Source of the DNA: an uncultured delta proteobacterium | GTDB lineage: Bacteria > Desulfobacterota > RBG-13-43-22 | NCBI GenBank assembly: GCA_963843145.1 | Contig: CAWJJC010000003.1 | Coordinates: forward strand, 32,001 to 96,000 | DNA: 64,000 nt | Direction of reading: 5' to 3' | Shown: positions 63,113-64,000 of the stretch, in pieces | How positions within the stretch are numbered: position 1 is the first letter of the stretch | Layout: each line of letters opens with the position of its first letter | The notes under the pieces: generated by a model | What the model saw: only the letters and a program-made list of their open reading frames with translations | Database searches by the model: none | What the model was told of the DNA's origin: nothing | Position numbers and translations under genes: made by a program

Positions 63113-64000
63113 AGAGCGCGTTCGATTTTTCCGATTTTCCCCGCCTGGACCGGACCCTGGCCGTTTTGGGCGCGGCCGGCCTGTTCCTGTTCCCTTTAAT
63201 GCCCCACTCTTCCTTTGCCATGGTCACCCTGATCCAGTTTCTAATGTTCAGCACCTACGGGATGGGTTGGAATACCATCGGCGGCTACGGCGGACAGGTG
63301 GATCTGGGCAAGGCCCAATACGTGGGCATCGGGGCCTATACGACGGCGGTGATGCTGATCCGCTGGGATGTCCCCTTTTGGGTCTCCATGCCTATCGGCC
63401 TGGGTCTTTCGGTGGCCTGGTCCTTCCTGATCGGGTATCCGTTGTTTCGGCTGAAGGGACATTATTTCGCCATCGCCACCATCGCCACCTCTCTGGTCTT
63501 GAAGGATGTTTTCGAGGTCTGGAATTTTGTGGGGGCCTCCCGGGGTCTGGAGATTTCCCCCATCAAATACCAACCCCCCGACTTCCTGCGGCTGATTTTC
63601 CGAAGCGATGTTCCCTACTACTACACCATGTTGGGGATTTTCTTTTTGGGGCTCCTGATCATCAACTGGTTCAGGAAATCACGTTTGGGATTTCAACTGC
63701 GATCGATCAAAGACAATGAGGATATTGCCCGCTCTTTGGGCATTGATGTCCACTGGGCCAAGATCAAAACCTATGCCGTGGCTACGGCTTTTGTCAGCGT
63801 GGTCGGTTCGTTTCATGCCTGTTATATTAAGAACATTGAGCCCGAAGATACGATGAGCCTGGATATTTCGGTACTTATCGCCCTGATGGCCATGTTGGGT
63901 GGAGCCGGCTCTCTCTGGGGCCCGGTTATCGGAGCGGCCATTCTGATCCCCATGAAAAGCTATTTGAAGGAGTGGCTGGGAGCACAGGCCGGGTTGGTGG
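63100..64000 (+). CDS. Branched-chain amino acid ABC permease (LivM-like), 3'-truncated by the window edge
   Basis: Read manually from ATG 63100: WNTIGGYGGQVDLG, RLKGHYFAIAT, SIKDNEDIARSLG, LGGAGSLWGP. It is missing from the ORF track because there is no stop within the window. Confidence 0.9.
   Translation, partial: MEAVKSAFDFSDFPRLDRTLAVLGAAGLFLFPLMPHSSFAMVTLIQFLMFSTYGMGWNTIGGYGGQVDLGKAQYVGIGAYTTAVMLIRWDVPFWVSMPIGLGLSVAWSFLIGYPLFRLKGHYFAIATIATSLVLKDVFEVWNFVGASRGLEISPIKYQPPDFLRLIFRSDVPYYYTMLGIFFLGLLIINWFRKSRLGFQLRSIKDNEDIARSLGIDVHWAKIKTYAVATAFVSVVGSFHACYIKNIEPEDTMSLDISVLIALMAMLGGAGSLWGPVIGAAILIPMKSYLKEWLGAQAGLV

Overview
A 64-kb chromosomal window from an anaerobic sulfate/sulfite-reducing Desulfobacterota (deltaproteobacterial) genome; the taxonomy is inferred from the reductive dsr genes and gene style. 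From left to right it contains: the 3' part of a large YD/Rhs (teneurin-like) toxin gene with a frameshifted C-terminal toxin and immunity pair; a RAYT-type HUH transposase bounded by 23-bp inverted repeats; two Hsp20 genes; housekeeping genes (core methionine synthase, efp, ftsB, geranylgeranyl reductase, apbC, larE, CBS-ACT); a glycolysis/gluconeogenesis block (pgk, tpiA, secG, tRNA-Leu, an atypical GAPDH, a 1405-aa PPDK-like protein, gap); a TmcC/TmcB-like (DsrM/DsrK paralog) module; S1 and EF-G genes; livHMGF; rarA; pgi; a histidine kinase/sigma-54 regulator pair; a YcaO-TPR/YkgJ/TPR cluster; a complete contiguous dsrABD-N-C-T-MKJOP cluster; and the start of a second branched-chain amino acid ABC operon. 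The signals most worth following up are not visible in the ORF track. (1) The TmcB-like gene is one reading frame with an in-frame TGA at the Cys of the conserved ECGH motif, followed by a SECIS-like hairpin, so it is probably a selenoprotein. (2) A probable ~70-nt sigma-54-dependent small RNA with an anti-Shine-Dalgarno seed lies directly behind its likely two-component activator and two identical palindromic enhancer sites. (3) A stand-alone YcaO-TPR enzyme with no RiPP precursor sits just upstream of dsrAB, a candidate Dsr-associated protein-modification system. All calls come from motif reading only; no database searches were run.
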